Assembly: GCA_040905425.1 (NCBI GenBank)
Contig: JBBDRO010000106.1
Location: 10,710-74,709, forward strand
Origin: Gemmatimonadota bacterium
GTDB lineage: Bacteria > Gemmatimonadota > Gemmatimonadetes > Longimicrobiales > RSA9
DNA: 64,000 nucleotides
Direction of reading: 5' to 3'
This document shows positions 47,873-57,401 of this stretch, in pieces. Under the pieces are notes generated by a model, which was given only the letters and a program-made list of their open reading frames with translations, did no database searches and was not told the DNA's origin. Made by a program: the position numbers and the translations under genes. Position 1 is the first letter of the stretch. The number at the start of each line of letters is the position of its first letter.

Positions 47873-48355
47873 TCACTCCGGCAGAGGAATCGACCCCTCC
47901 TCCAGGCCCACGGGCAGAATGGCCGTGTCTTTGAACGTGTCGAGCACGATCGAGGTGCGCGCCTCCCGCACCCCGGGCAGGGAGGCGATCCGGTCACGCA
48001 GGAGCGTGGAGAGGGCCGCCAGGTCGACCACCCGTAGCTTGAGGAAGAGCGCATCTTCTCCAGCCACATGGTGGATTTCCAGGATCTCCGGAATCTGCGC
48101 CAGCGCCTGGGTGATTTCGTCGGGCGGCGCACCGGCCGGTCCGCGCAGCCAGAGAAAAACCTGCAACCCGAGGTCCAGTTCACCGCCGGAAAGCCGGGCG
48201 TGATAACCTGCGATGACGCCGCGCTCCTCGAGTTTGCGAATGCGCTCGTAGACCGCTGACGGAGCCATGCCCACGCGGCGCGCGACTTCGGCATTGGAAG
48301 TTCGCGCGCTTTCCTGCAGGATGCTCAGAATCTGGCGATCAGTATAGTCAATCAT
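47873..48355 (-). CDS. Lrp/AsnC family transcriptional regulator
   Basis: 'DRQILSILQESARTSNAEVARRVGMAPSAVYERIRKLEERGVI' is an HTH_AsnC domain, followed by a RAM/ACT-like C-domain. 160 aa from ATG 48355. The track ORF extends spuriously to 48823. Confidence 0.9.
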   Translation of the reverse strand: MIDYTDRQILSILQESARTSNAEVARRVGMAPSAVYERIRKLEERGVIAGYHARLSGGELDLGLQVFLWLRGPAGAPPDEITQALAQIPEILEIHHVAGEDALFLKLRVVDLAALSTLLRDRIASLPGVREARTSIVLDTFKDTAILPVGLEEGSIPLPE

Positions 48356-48469
48356 AGGCCTGTCCTTGAGGTTGAGCCGAAGATATGTCGCGCCGCAGGC
48401 CAGGGCAATAGTATTACCCTGCGGCGGCCCCGGTACGGTCGGGGCGGTGGAACGAACCAGGGGGGAGTC

Positions 48470-49498
48470 ATGGACGTGCAATGGGAAGTGCTCGAGCTGC
48501 GGACGCGCCACCCCTTCAACATCGCGCGCGCAGCGGGGGCGGCGGTACGGCGCAACGTGTGGACACGGGTGCGCTACGGCGACCTGGAGGGCTGGGGCGA
48601 GGCCGCGGCCAACCATTACTACGGTGAGACGGACGGCACGGCCACCGCCGCGCTCCAACGCTACGCCACCGTCCTGGCCGACGTGGGAGAAGATCCGGCA
48701 CGCATCGAAGCCATCGAGCGCGGCATGCTGGCGGCGTTGGGGCGCAATCCGGCGGCGCGGGCCTCCCTTTCGGCCGGGCTGCACGATCTCATGGGCAAGC
48801 GGTTGGGCGTGCCCGTATGGCAACTGTTCGGGCTCGATCCAGTAGCCGTGCCTTCGTCGTTCACCATCGGCCTGGATCGTACGGAAGTGATGCTCGAGAG
48901 ACTCGAGGAAGCGCGCAGCTTCGCCACGCTGAAGATCAAGGTGGGTACGGAGCGGGACGCCGAAATCCTGACGGCGCTCCGCAAAGCCGCACCCGACGTG
49001 GGCATCAGGGTGGATGCGAACACCGGGTGGACCGCCAAGCAGGCCATGGCCCGCCTGCCACTACTCGAGGAGGTGGGTGTGGAACTCATCGAGCAGCCGT
49101 TTGCGGCCGGGGATCTGGGCGCCTTCCGGTTGCTACGGGACAAGACGTCTGTTCCTGTTGTGGCGGACGAGTCGTGCCTGGTGGCCGCGGACGTGCCCCG
49201 TCTGCACGGCCTCGTGGACGGAGTGAACATCAAACTGGCCAAGTGTGGCTCTCTGCGCGAGGCGCTGCGCATTGTCCACGTGGCGCGGGCACACGGCATG
49301 GGGGTGATGCTCGGGTGCATGATGGAAAGCACCCTCGGCATTGCCGCGGCCGTGCAGCTGGCGCCGCTGGCCGACTGGGTGGACCTCGATGGAGCCGCGC
49401 TGCTGGCCGACGATCCCTTCGTGGGACCGGGGATCGAGGCGGATGGCACCATCCGCTTCAACCGCACACCTGGGCTGGGGGTCGACCGGGCGAGCTAA
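48470..49498 (+). CDS. Dipeptide epimerase (L-Ala-D/L-Glu epimerase-like, enolase superfamily)
   Basis: 'FATLKIKVG' (KxK), 'IRVDANTGW', 'LIEQP' and 'VVADES' are the metal and acid/base ligands of the MR/MLE subgroup. It is divergent from the Lrp gene. Confidence 0.8.
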   Translation: MDVQWEVLELRTRHPFNIARAAGAAVRRNVWTRVRYGDLEGWGEAAANHYYGETDGTATAALQRYATVLADVGEDPARIEAIERGMLAALGRNPAARASLSAGLHDLMGKRLGVPVWQLFGLDPVAVPSSFTIGLDRTEVMLERLEEARSFATLKIKVGTERDAEILTALRKAAPDVGIRVDANTGWTAKQAMARLPLLEEVGVELIEQPFAAGDLGAFRLLRDKTSVPVVADESCLVAADVPRLHGLVDGVNIKLAKCGSLREALRIVHVARAHGMGVMLGCMMESTLGIAAAVQLAPLADWVDLDGAALLADDPFVGPGIEADGTIRFNRTPGLGVDRAS

Positions 49499-49585
49499 TG
49501 GCGTATGTTGGATGGATCAACGTCTAAACGGTTTAAACGCAGCATAATGTTCGGCAAACACCTAAGCTGTAACGAGAAGCGACGG

Positions 49586-50671
49586 CTATCCTGATTGTTC
49601 GATTTCCGCCAGGATCGACGCGAGCGCCTCCGGATCTGCCTCAATGGTCCGCTGCGGGACGCCGGACTGCGCCGCGGTGGCCGGGTCCTTCAAGCCGTGC
49701 CCGGTGAGCACGCATACACAGCGGCTGCCGCGCCCCACGCGGCCCTGCCTGACGGCGTTGCGCAGGCCCGCCACCCCGGCCGCCGACGCGGGCTCGCAGA
49801 AGACACCTTCCAGCGTGGCCACGGCTCGATAGGCGTCCAGGATCTCATCGTCGGTGGCGGCCAGGATGACCCCGCCCGATTCCTGCGCGGCCGCCAGCGC
49901 GGGGGCCCAGGTGGCCGGGTGGCCGATGCGGATGGCCGTGGCGACCGTCTCGGGTTCGGCCACCGGAGCACCGTGCACGAGGGGCGCCGCCCCCGCGGCC
50001 TGCGCGCCCAGCATGCGGGGGAGGCGGTCGATGCGGCCGATCTCGCGATAGCGCCGAAAGCCCATCCACCACGCGGTGATGTTACCGCCGTTGCCCACAG
50101 GTAGTGCGAGTACGTCGGGCGCAGCACCGAGGGCGTCACAAACTTCGTAGGCGCCGGTGGTCTGGCCTTCGATGCGGTCCGGATTCACGGAATTGACGAG
50201 CACGAAGGTGCCTGTGCGTTCCGCCTCCCGCGCCATGGTGAGCGCCGCGTCGAAATTTCCGCGCACGGTGAGTACGTGCGCGCCGGCCGCTACGGACTGG
50301 CCCAGTTTGCCGGCAGCTACCTTGCCTTCGGGGAGCAGGACGATGGCGCTGAGACCAGCATGGGCGGCGTAGGCGGCCGCGCTCGCGGCGGTGTTGCCCG
50401 TGGAGGCGCACAGGATGCTGCGTGCGCCGTCCTCCAGCGCGCGGGCCACGGCCACCACCATGCCCCGGTCCTTGAATGAGCCGGTGGGGTTCATCCCCTC
50501 GTACTTCAGATGGAGTTCGGCCACGCCCACCCAGGCGGCGAGGCGGCGGGCGGGCAGGAGAGGCGTGCCGCCTTCCCCCAGGGAGAGGGCGGGCGTGCCC
50601 GCCGAGACCGGCAGGAACTCCCGGTACCGGGAGATGACGCCCGGAACCACATTCGCGCCGGATGTAGTCAT
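49586..50671 (-). CDS. thrC: Threonine synthase
   Basis: 'YEGMNPTGSFKDRGM' is the PLP-lysine motif. ATG 50671 overlaps the thrB stop (ATGA). The track start 50863 is spurious. Confidence 0.9.
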   Translation of the reverse strand: MTTSGANVVPGVISRYREFLPVSAGTPALSLGEGGTPLLPARRLAAWVGVAELHLKYEGMNPTGSFKDRGMVVAVARALEDGARSILCASTGNTAASAAAYAAHAGLSAIVLLPEGKVAAGKLGQSVAAGAHVLTVRGNFDAALTMAREAERTGTFVLVNSVNPDRIEGQTTGAYEVCDALGAAPDVLALPVGNGGNITAWWMGFRRYREIGRIDRLPRMLGAQAAGAAPLVHGAPVAEPETVATAIRIGHPATWAPALAAAQESGGVILAATDDEILDAYRAVATLEGVFCEPASAAGVAGLRNAVRQGRVGRGSRCVCVLTGHGLKDPATAAQSGVPQRTIEADPEALASILAEIEQSG

Positions 50672-51657
50672 TGTGCCACGGCGGGCGAGGGTACGGCGTC
50701 CACGAGCCTCACACCCGCGTGATCCGCGTCGAGCACGAACCCGATCGCACCCGGGCCGGCCGCTCGAAAGGCGTCCTCCATGGCGGCGGCCACGGGCGCG
50801 GCCCGCTCCGCCGCCGTGACGGCAAAGAGGCCCGATCCGCTCCCGGAAATGGTCACCGCCCACGCCCCGGCGTCCATGGCGGCCGCTATGGCAGCCCGGC
50901 CACCCGGAATGAGCGGCAGCCGATAGGGCACGTGGAGGTCATCCTGGAATCCCGCGCGCAGCAGCTGCGCGTCCGCCGTGGCCAGGCCGTGTACCAGCGC
51001 GGCGGCCCGCCCGAGGGCCGCCACGGCCCGACCATGGGGGACGGCCTCCGGCAGCGCCTGGCGGGCGCTGACGGTGGACACACCACTGCCCGGCGCGGCG
51101 AAGGCAAAGGCCAACTCAGGCGCAAGCGGCAGGGAAAAGGGCAGCGGTCGGCCGGCGGCGTCCCGGGTGATGGCCACCAGCCCGCCGAGGAGTGCGGGCG
51201 CCGCGTTATCGGGATGCCCCTCCAGTTCCACCGCGCGTTCCAGTGCCACCCGGCGGTCCAGCGGCTGGTCCAGGAACGCGGCTGCCAGCGTGAGGCCCGC
51301 CGCCACCGCGGCGGCCGAGGAGCCGAGACCGCGCTCCACGGGGATCGCGGAGTCCAGCTGCAGCCGCCCGCCGGGTGGTGGAGCCCCCGCCTCGGCCAGC
51401 CCAGCTGCAAGCGCGCGGGCGGCCAGGTCGCTGCGCGGATCTCCGCCGCGGCCCGTCAAGGTCCCGGCGTAGTGGACGCTCAGCGGCTCATCACCCGGCG
51501 TCCAGGTTACCGTGAGGTAGCGGCTGACGGCCAGGCCCAGCGCATCGAAGCCCGAGCCCAGGTTGGAGGTGCTGGCAGGGACGCGGGCGGTGAAGTGGTC
51601 GGGGCGTGCGGCCTGGCGACCGGTAGAGCGCTCGCGGCCCTCGCGCGCCTGGCTCAC
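50668..51657 (-). CDS. thrB: Homoserine kinase
   Basis: GHMP kinase motifs 'SNLGSGFDALGLAV' and 'PVERGLGSSAAA'. Confidence 0.85.
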   Translation of the reverse strand: MSQAREGRERSTGRQAARPDHFTARVPASTSNLGSGFDALGLAVSRYLTVTWTPGDEPLSVHYAGTLTGRGGDPRSDLAARALAAGLAEAGAPPPGGRLQLDSAIPVERGLGSSAAAVAAGLTLAAAFLDQPLDRRVALERAVELEGHPDNAAPALLGGLVAITRDAAGRPLPFSLPLAPELAFAFAAPGSGVSTVSARQALPEAVPHGRAVAALGRAAALVHGLATADAQLLRAGFQDDLHVPYRLPLIPGGRAAIAAAMDAGAWAVTISGSGSGLFAVTAAERAAPVAAAMEDAFRAAGPGAIGFVLDADHAGVRLVDAVPSPAVAQ

Positions 51658-52106
51658 AGGAACGCGAGCACCTGCTCGGCATGCTTCCCGGCGCGGACGC
51701 CGGGCAGGATGCGGGCAATGCGGCCCTCTTCGTCGATCAGGAAGGTGGTGCGCTGGTTCCCCCAGTACTTGCGGCCGAACATGCTCTTATTCTGCCATAC
51801 GCCGTAGGCTTCGGCCACGGCGTGGTCGGTGTCGGCGAGCAGGGGGAAATTCAGGTCGTACTTGGCGCGGAAACGCTGGTGGGACGCCTCGTCATCGGGG
51901 CTGACACCCAGCACGACCGTACCCCGGGCGTCGAACTCGGTGCTGCGGTCCCGGATGTCACACGCCTGCGTGGTGCACCCCGGCGTGTCATCCTTGGGAT
52001 AAAAGTAGAGTACCACTTTCCGGCCACGGAAATCCGTCAGGCTAACGGGGTTGCCGTCCTGGTCGGGCAGGGTGAAATCGGGTGCGAGCTCCCGTTCCTG
52101 GGGCAT
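51654..52106 (-). CDS. bcp: Thioredoxin-dependent peroxiredoxin Bcp
   Basis: 'APDFTLPDQDGNPVSL.DFRGRKVVLYFYPKDDTPGCTTQAC' is the classic Bcp/PrxQ active site. Confidence 0.9.
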   Translation of the reverse strand: MPQERELAPDFTLPDQDGNPVSLTDFRGRKVVLYFYPKDDTPGCTTQACDIRDRSTEFDARGTVVLGVSPDDEASHQRFRAKYDLNFPLLADTDHAVAEAYGVWQNKSMFGRKYWGNQRTTFLIDEEGRIARILPGVRAGKHAEQVLAFL

Positions 52107-52109
52107 GGC

Positions 52110-52661
52110 TCAGTCCCCGTCCACGCCGCCGCCGGTAGTGGCGGACTCCACCGCTCCCGCGGCGGCGGCGCGCTGCGCGGCGGCCACGCGGGCGTCCTCC
52201 ATCCACAGCGAAATGCCGAGGAGCACCGCACCGGACGTGATGGCCATGTCCGCCACGTTGAAGATGGGCCAGGTCATGAAGCCCAGGTCGTAGGGACCAA
52301 GGAAATCCACCACGCCCCGGTCCCAGCGTAGCCGGTCGATCAGGTTGCCCACGGCGCCGGCGGAAACCGCGGCGATGGCCAGCAGGCGGAGCGCGTCCCG
52401 CTCCTCCGCCCGGAGCAACAGCTTCAGCAGCACGGCCAGGACAAAGAAGGAAGCGGCCACGATGATCCAGCGACCCGCCGAGGGCAGGCCTATGCCGAAG
52501 GCAATGCCCTTGTTGAACGCCAGCGTGAGCGGCACCAGACCGCCGAACGCCTCACGCGAGTAGCCGGGGAGGAGGTTTGCCAGCGCCCAGTGCTTCGTGA
52601 CGATGTCCGCCACCAGGATGCTGCCGAACACTGCGCCTACGAGGGACAGCTTGCGCTTCAC
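52110..52661 (-). CDS. lspA: Lipoprotein signal peptidase (signal peptidase II)
   Basis: 'GAVGNLIDRL' and 'WPIFNVADMAI' are conserved LspA Asp motifs. I chose the GTG start at 52661 (VKRKLSLVGAV...). Confidence 0.85.
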   Translation of the reverse strand: MKRKLSLVGAVFGSILVADIVTKHWALANLLPGYSREAFGGLVPLTLAFNKGIAFGIGLPSAGRWIIVAASFFVLAVLLKLLLRAEERDALRLLAIAAVSAGAVGNLIDRLRWDRGVVDFLGPYDLGFMTWPIFNVADMAITSGAVLLGISLWMEDARVAAAQRAAAAGAVESATTGGGVDGD

Positions 52662-52816
52662 GTGTGCTCCATACCGTGCACAAAGGGCGTATGATGACCG
52701 GGCCGCGACTGGCGCGGACGCGTGGCACGTGCCGAATATAGCTACGCGTGACCCGATTGTTCCAGCGCCCACCGCGCGGGAGCCGAACGTGAAATGCCTT
52801 TTACCCCGGAACCGCC

Positions 52817-53878
52817 GTGAGTGCCATACCGACCCCGCGAGGACACGAACTCCCCGTTCCCGACTTCTACGATCCCGCGCACGCCGAGCAGTGGGAGTAT
52901 GCACCCGGCCAGGAGAGCCTCTTCGAACGGGCGCTGGCCTGGCGTGCCGCCCACGGGCTGCGGCCCGCGGCGGAAGATGATCGCAAAGTCCACATGGTGC
53001 TGGTGGACACGCAGAAGGACTTCGGCCTGCGCCGGGGCGCGCTCTACGTGGGCGGCCGGAGCGGACGTGGCGCCCTCGAGGACAACGATCGCACGGCACG
53101 CTTCATCTACCGCAACCTGGCCGCCCTCACGGACATCACCTGCACACTGGACACCCACTTTCCCCATCAGGTCTTCTTCTCCTCCTTCTGGCTGGAGGGG
53201 GAGCGCCCCCCCACACCGCATCAGGAGGTCACGCTTGCGGATCTGCGCGGTGGTCGCCTGCGCCCCAACCCCGCCGTGGCGCCCGGCCTGGGCATCGACG
53301 CGGCGGAGCTCGAGCGCCGCGTGGAGCGCTACCTCGAGGGGCTGGAGGAGCGAGGTCGGTACGCGCTCTACCTGTGGCCGCCCCACTGCCTGCTCGGCAG
53401 TGACGGCCACGCGCTGGTAGGGGTGCTGCACGAGGCCAGGCTCTTTCACGCGTACGCACGCGTGGCACCATCATGGATGGAGGTGAAGGGCACGCAACCG
53501 CTCTCCGAGAACTACTCCGCGGTGGCGCCCGAGGTGGAGATTCCCCAGGGGCGGCAGCCGCTGCCCGGCCTGCGACCCGCCCTCGCGGCGCGGCTGGCGG
53601 AAGCCGATGCCATCGTGGTGGCGGGCCAGGCCGCCAGCCATTGCGTGAAAGCCACCCTGGAAGACCTGCTGGGCGTCCTGCCAGAGCGGCTGATCAAGCG
53701 GGTCTACGTGCTGCGGGATTGCATGTCCTCCGTGGCGGTGCCGGACGCCACCAGGCCGGGAGAATTCCTGTTCGATTTCACGCCCCAGGCGGAGGCGGCG
53801 CTCGAGCGCTTCCGCGCTGCGGGCATGAAGATCGTGGACTCCACGCTCCCCGTGACGGCGTGGCCGGAGCAGGGTTAG
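52817..53878 (+). CDS. Isochorismatase/cysteine-hydrolase-fold protein (nicotinamidase-like)
   Basis: '[10 protein letters not shown]' (Asp), a downstream Lys region, and '[16 protein letters not shown]' (nucleophile Cys) fit the D-K-C triad. It has a GTG start. The family assignment is approximate. Confidence 0.55.
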   Translation: MSAIPTPRGHELPVPDFYDPAHAEQWEYAPGQESLFERALAWRAAHGLRPAAEDDRKVHMVLVDTQKDFGLRRGALYVGGRSGRGALEDNDRTARFIYRNLAALTDITCTLDTHFPHQVFFSSFWLEGERPPTPHQEVTLADLRGGRLRPNPAVAPGLGIDAAELERRVERYLEGLEERGRYALYLWPPHCLLGSDGHALVGVLHEARLFHAYARVAPSWMEVKGTQPLSENYSAVAPEVEIPQGRQPLPGLRPALAARLAEADAIVVAGQAASHCVKATLEDLLGVLPERLIKRVYVLRDCMSSVAVPDATRPGEFLFDFTPQAEAALERFRAAGMKIVDSTLPVTAWPEQG

Positions 53879-53886
53879 TTTCCAGC

Positions 53887-55119
53887 ATGGCATACCAGCG
53901 ACGCAGGACGGTTACGGCGGACGTGGGCGGTGTTCTGGTGGGCAGCGCCCACCCGATCGTGGTCCAGTCCATGACCAACACGGACACGGCGGACGCAGCG
54001 GGCACCGCCGAGCAGGCCGCCGCGCTCGCTGCGGCGGGCAGCCAGCTCGTGCGGGTCACCGTGAACACGGATGACGCCGCCGCGGCCGTCCCCGAGATCG
54101 TGGCCCTGCTGCACAAATGGGGCACGCCCGTGCCGATCGTGGGTGACTTCCACTACAACGGTCACCTGCTGCTGGCCCGCCACGAGGCCTGCGCCCGCGC
54201 GCTGGCCAAGTACCGGATCAATCCGGGCAACGTGGGCGCCAAGCGCCGCGACGAGAATTTCCGCACCATCGTGGAACTGGCCGTGGAGCATGGCAAGCCG
54301 GTCCGCATCGGGGTGAACTGGGGCTCGCTGGATCAGCAGTTGCTCACCGAACTGATGGATCTGAACGCCGCGAGCGAGCAGCCGCGCGAGGCCCGGGAGG
54401 TCATGCTCGAGGCCATGGTGCAGAGCGCGCTCCGCTCCGCCGCGCTGGCGGAGGAGGTGGGGCTCGGCCACGACCGTATCCTGCTCTCGGCCAAGGTGTC
54501 CGGCGTGCAGGACCTCATCCAGGTGTACCGCTCCCTGGCGGCCCGCTGTGACTATCCGCTGCACCTGGGCCTCACGGAAGCCGGCCTCGGCACCAAGGGG
54601 ATCGTGGCCAGCACCGCGGCGCTGGCCGTCCTCCTCCAGGAGGGCATCGGAGACACCATCCGCATCTCCCTCACCCCCCGGCCGGGCGGCGATCGGACCG
54701 AGGAGGTGCGCGTGGCGCAGCAGATCCTGCAGTCCATGGAACTGCGCAGCTTCACGCCGCAGGTCACCTCGTGCCCGGGCTGCGGCCGCACCACCAGCAC
54801 CTACTTCCAGTCACTCGCCCAGGACGTGGAGCACTACATCCGCGACCGCATGCCCGCCTGGCGCAGCAGCTATCCCGGGGTCGAGGAGCTCAAGGTGGCC
54901 GTGATGGGCTGCGTGGTGAACGGCCCGGGGGAGTCCAAACACGCGGACATCGGCATCTCGCTGCCGGGCACCTTCGAGGAGCCGAAGGCGCCGGTGTACG
55001 TGGACGGGCGGCTGTTTACCACGCTGAAGGGTCAGGAAATCACCGCTGAATTCCAGGACATCCTGGAAGACTACGTGGCCCGCCGCTGGGGCAACGTGCC
55101 GGCTGGCGTGGCGGAATGA
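53887..55119 (+). CDS. ispG: 4-hydroxy-3-methylbut-2-en-1-yl diphosphate synthase
   Basis: '[12 protein letters not shown]', 'RINPGN' and 'SCPGCGRT...GCVVNGPGE' ([4Fe-4S] Cys ligands). Confidence 0.9.
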   Translation: MAYQRRRTVTADVGGVLVGSAHPIVVQSMTNTDTADAAGTAEQAAALAAAGSQLVRVTVNTDDAAAAVPEIVALLHKWGTPVPIVGDFHYNGHLLLARHEACARALAKYRINPGNVGAKRRDENFRTIVELAVEHGKPVRIGVNWGSLDQQLLTELMDLNAASEQPREAREVMLEAMVQSALRSAALAEEVGLGHDRILLSAKVSGVQDLIQVYRSLAARCDYPLHLGLTEAGLGTKGIVASTAALAVLLQEGIGDTIRISLTPRPGGDRTEEVRVAQQILQSMELRSFTPQVTSCPGCGRTTSTYFQSLAQDVEHYIRDRMPAWRSSYPGVEELKVAVMGCVVNGPGESKHADIGISLPGTFEEPKAPVYVDGRLFTTLKGQEITAEFQDILEDYVARRWGNVPAGVAE

Positions 55120-55253
55120 GCGCGGCATCCCACAAAATCCTTGCTCCCCGCGCCGGCCCACCGTTAAACTTGGCATGCGCGTCCGGCCTACAGGACGCCC
55201 TGCCCCTGCGCGATCATGCACCGACTGCCGTCATCTTTGCCCGTGAGGAAGCC

Positions 55254-55919
55254 ATGCGCAGACTGGCCACAGGCCTGTCGATCCTAGTCGTACTCGCCAC
55301 CGCCACCGCCGCCGCGGCCCCCGCGGCCGCCCAGGTCCACGCCGGCCTCACCGGGGGGACGAACGGCATCGGCGTCCAGGTGGCCACGGCCATCACCAAC
55401 CGGCTGAACGCGCGGGTCGGCGGCCACTACTTCGACCTCCAGCACGAGCGCGAGTCGGACATCGACAACATCCTGGTGGACGTGATGGCCGGCGGGAACA
55501 CCTTCTTCGTGTCGGGGTTGCTCGATCTCTACCCGTTCGGGTCGGCGGGGACGCACCTGACCGCCGGGGTCTACTACAACGGGCTCGAGGGGCGCGGCTC
55601 CATCACCCCCGCGCAGAACATCACCGTCCAGGGCCAGAGCTACACGCCGGAGCAAGTGGGCACGGTGGAGATCGATCTCAGCTTCGATTCCAAGCTGGCG
55701 CCGTACGTGGGCATCGGCTATGGCGACGGCCTGCAGGGAGGTCGCTTTGCCTTCAACTTCGACCTCGGCGCGCTGCGCGTGGGCGCGCCGTCGGTCGAGA
55801 TGCGCGGTACGGGTATGGTGGCTCCCACCGCCGGGCAGGCCGCGCTCATCGAGAGCAACCTGGACTGGTTCGAGTGGTATCCCGTCTTCTCGTTCGGCTT
55901 CACTTCACGAATTTTCTGA
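55254..55919 (+). CDS. Putative outer-membrane beta-barrel protein
   Basis: Signal 'AAAAPAAAQV', alternating beta-strand pattern, and an aromatic C-terminus '...FGFTSRIF'. GAGGA lies about 4-5 nt upstream of ATG 55254. Confidence 0.55.
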   Translation: MRRLATGLSILVVLATATAAAAPAAAQVHAGLTGGTNGIGVQVATAITNRLNARVGGHYFDLQHERESDIDNILVDVMAGGNTFFVSGLLDLYPFGSAGTHLTAGVYYNGLEGRGSITPAQNITVQGQSYTPEQVGTVEIDLSFDSKLAPYVGIGYGDGLQGGRFAFNFDLGALRVGAPSVEMRGTGMVAPTAGQAALIESNLDWFEWYPVFSFGFTSRIF

Positions 55920-55951
55920 TGCACACCAGCGCATCAGCGGAAGGGACCAAC

Positions 55952-56221
55952 ATGTTATCCGCACAGCGCCGCTTCCTCCGTCCGCTCCTGGCCGTGGCCG
56001 TGCTGCTCGCGCTGCCGGCCTGTGACGCCAAGGACCCGCTCGAGGGGGTGGATCTCATCCTGGAGGTGGAAGACGCCCCGGTGGCCATCCAGGCCAGCAT
56101 CCAGGTGGTGCCGAACCAGGTCACGTCGGTCAGCACGAACGTGGGCGCCCCGAGTGACGTCAAGTCCGTGCAGGACATCACCAGCATCGCGGTGGATCCC
56201 GCCGACTTTGGTTACACGTAG
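55952..56221 (+). CDS. Small lipoprotein (N-terminal part of a reading frame interrupted by TAG 56219..56221)
   Basis: Lipobox 'LLALPAC'. 89 codons up to the TAG. The same frame continues open into 56279..56617. Confidence 0.5.
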   Translation: MLSAQRRFLRPLLAVAVLLALPACDAKDPLEGVDLILEVEDAPVAIQASIQVVPNQVTSVSTNVGAPSDVKSVQDITSIAVDPADFGYT

Positions 56222-56278
56222 AGCGCCGGCCTGCGCGCGGCAAGCAGCGCGAGCGCTGCCGCGAGCGGCAACATCAAC

Positions 56279-56617
56279 GTGGTCCTGCGCATCGGCAACG
56301 TGGGGCTGGCCGCGCTGCTCACGGTGCAGGACAACGTGGTGACGAACGTGGCGCCGCGGCAGCTGCTGGATCTGGACGCCGCCCGTTTCAACGCCTGGAA
56401 GCAGAGCGTCCTGGATGTCGTGGAGAGCATGCCCGCGGGTCAGCGGCCGGATTTCTCGGCCTTTGAGGACATGAGTCTCGAGGAGGTGAAGCAGGAGCTC
56501 CGCACCCTGCTGGGTTCGAGCTTCCAGTTGCACATCCACGTGCATACCAACAATCCGGAACTCACCGGCACGCTCACGGTGCAGGAATTCTCGCTGGGCG
56601 GGCGGTTCGTCTTCTAG
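56279..56617 (+). CDS. Hypothetical protein, in frame with 55952..56221 (possible C-terminal part of the same gene)
   Basis: Same frame as the upstream ORF (offset 405 nt). The 19 intervening codons have high GC3 like coding DNA. The only start is a GTG without an SD. It ends '...GGRFVF' and is followed by a strong terminator. Confidence 0.45.
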   Translation: MVLRIGNVGLAALLTVQDNVVTNVAPRQLLDLDAARFNAWKQSVLDVVESMPAGQRPDFSAFEDMSLEEVKQELRTLLGSSFQLHIHVHTNNPELTGTLTVQEFSLGGRFVF

Positions 56618-56640
56618 GCGGCGCCCGCCGGCCGGTCCCC

Positions 56641-56678
56641 CGAGGCCCTCCCCGTCCGGGAGGGCCTCGTTCGTTTCC
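56641..56678 (+). terminator. Rho-independent terminator
   Basis: CGAGGCCCTCCC (56641..56652) pairs perfectly with GGGAGGGCCTCG (56658..56669) across a 5-nt loop. TTCGTTTCC follows. Confidence 0.65.
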
Positions 56679-56849
56679 TCCCCTCTGGCCGGCCGCGCGG
56701 TCATGATCCATCCTTTGTAAGCGACGATGCCCGGCCGCCTCACCGGGCGCCGTACCCGCCGCGAACGCCGCACGCAGCGGCGGCCAGCCGCGCGGGACCG
56801 CCCGCGGCACCCGACCAACCCTTCCCGGCTCCCTGGCCACTCAGGTGCA

Positions 56850-57401
56850 ATGACACGCCGCGCCGCCTCCGACCGCCGCCTGGCCGACGCCGTCCTCCAG
56901 CAGGGTGACGAGCAGGCGTTCCGCGAGCTGTACCGGCGGCATACCCCACGCCTCCATGCGTTCACGCTGCGGCTGCTGGGCGGCGCCGAGGCGGACGCGG
57001 AGGACGTGGTGCAGGAGACGTGGCTGCGCGCCGCTGGGGCGCTCGCGGACTTCCGCTGGAGTTCCAAGCTGGAGACGTGGCTGACGGGGATTGCCCTCAA
57101 CCTGTGCAGGGAGGTCTTCCGGCGCCGCAATCGGCGCCCGGAAACCGACTGGTGGGACGGGGCCGCGCCGGCACTTCCGGCGGCTCCGCACGAGGACCGC
57201 GTGGACCTGGAGCGCGCCATCGCGGCGCTCCCCGACGGCTACCGGAGCGTGCTCGTGCTGCACGACGTGGAGGGCTTCACCCACGAGCAGATCGGCGCAC
57301 GGCTGGGCATCGCGCCCGGCACGTCCAAGAGCCAGCTCTTCCACGCCCGTCGGGCGGTGCGCACGGCGCTCGAGCCGGCGGTGATGGAGGGAACCGGATG
57401 A
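56850..57401 (+). CDS. ECF-type RNA polymerase sigma-70 family factor
   Basis: Region 2 'FRELYRRHTPRLHAFTLRLL...AEDVVQETWLRA' and region 4 'VLVLHDVEGFTHEQIGARLGIAPGTSKSQLFHARRAV'. ATG 56850. Confidence 0.9.
   Translation: MTRRAASDRRLADAVLQQGDEQAFRELYRRHTPRLHAFTLRLLGGAEADAEDVVQETWLRAAGALADFRWSSKLETWLTGIALNLCREVFRRRNRRPETDWWDGAAPALPAAPHEDRVDLERAIAALPDGYRSVLVLHDVEGFTHEQIGARLGIAPGTSKSQLFHARRAVRTALEPAVMEGTG

Noticed and set aside
52724-52733. Perfect 10-bp palindrome GGCACGTGCC in the lspA/isochorismatase divergent region
   Set aside because: Short GC-rich palindromes are expected by chance at this base composition. There is no second half-site or repeat to support an operator.
56512-56522. GGTTCGAGC, resembling a tRNA T-loop
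   Set aside because: It lies inside a coding frame, and no acceptor or anticodon stems can be drawn. I found no tRNA, rRNA or tmRNA-like sequence anywhere in the window.
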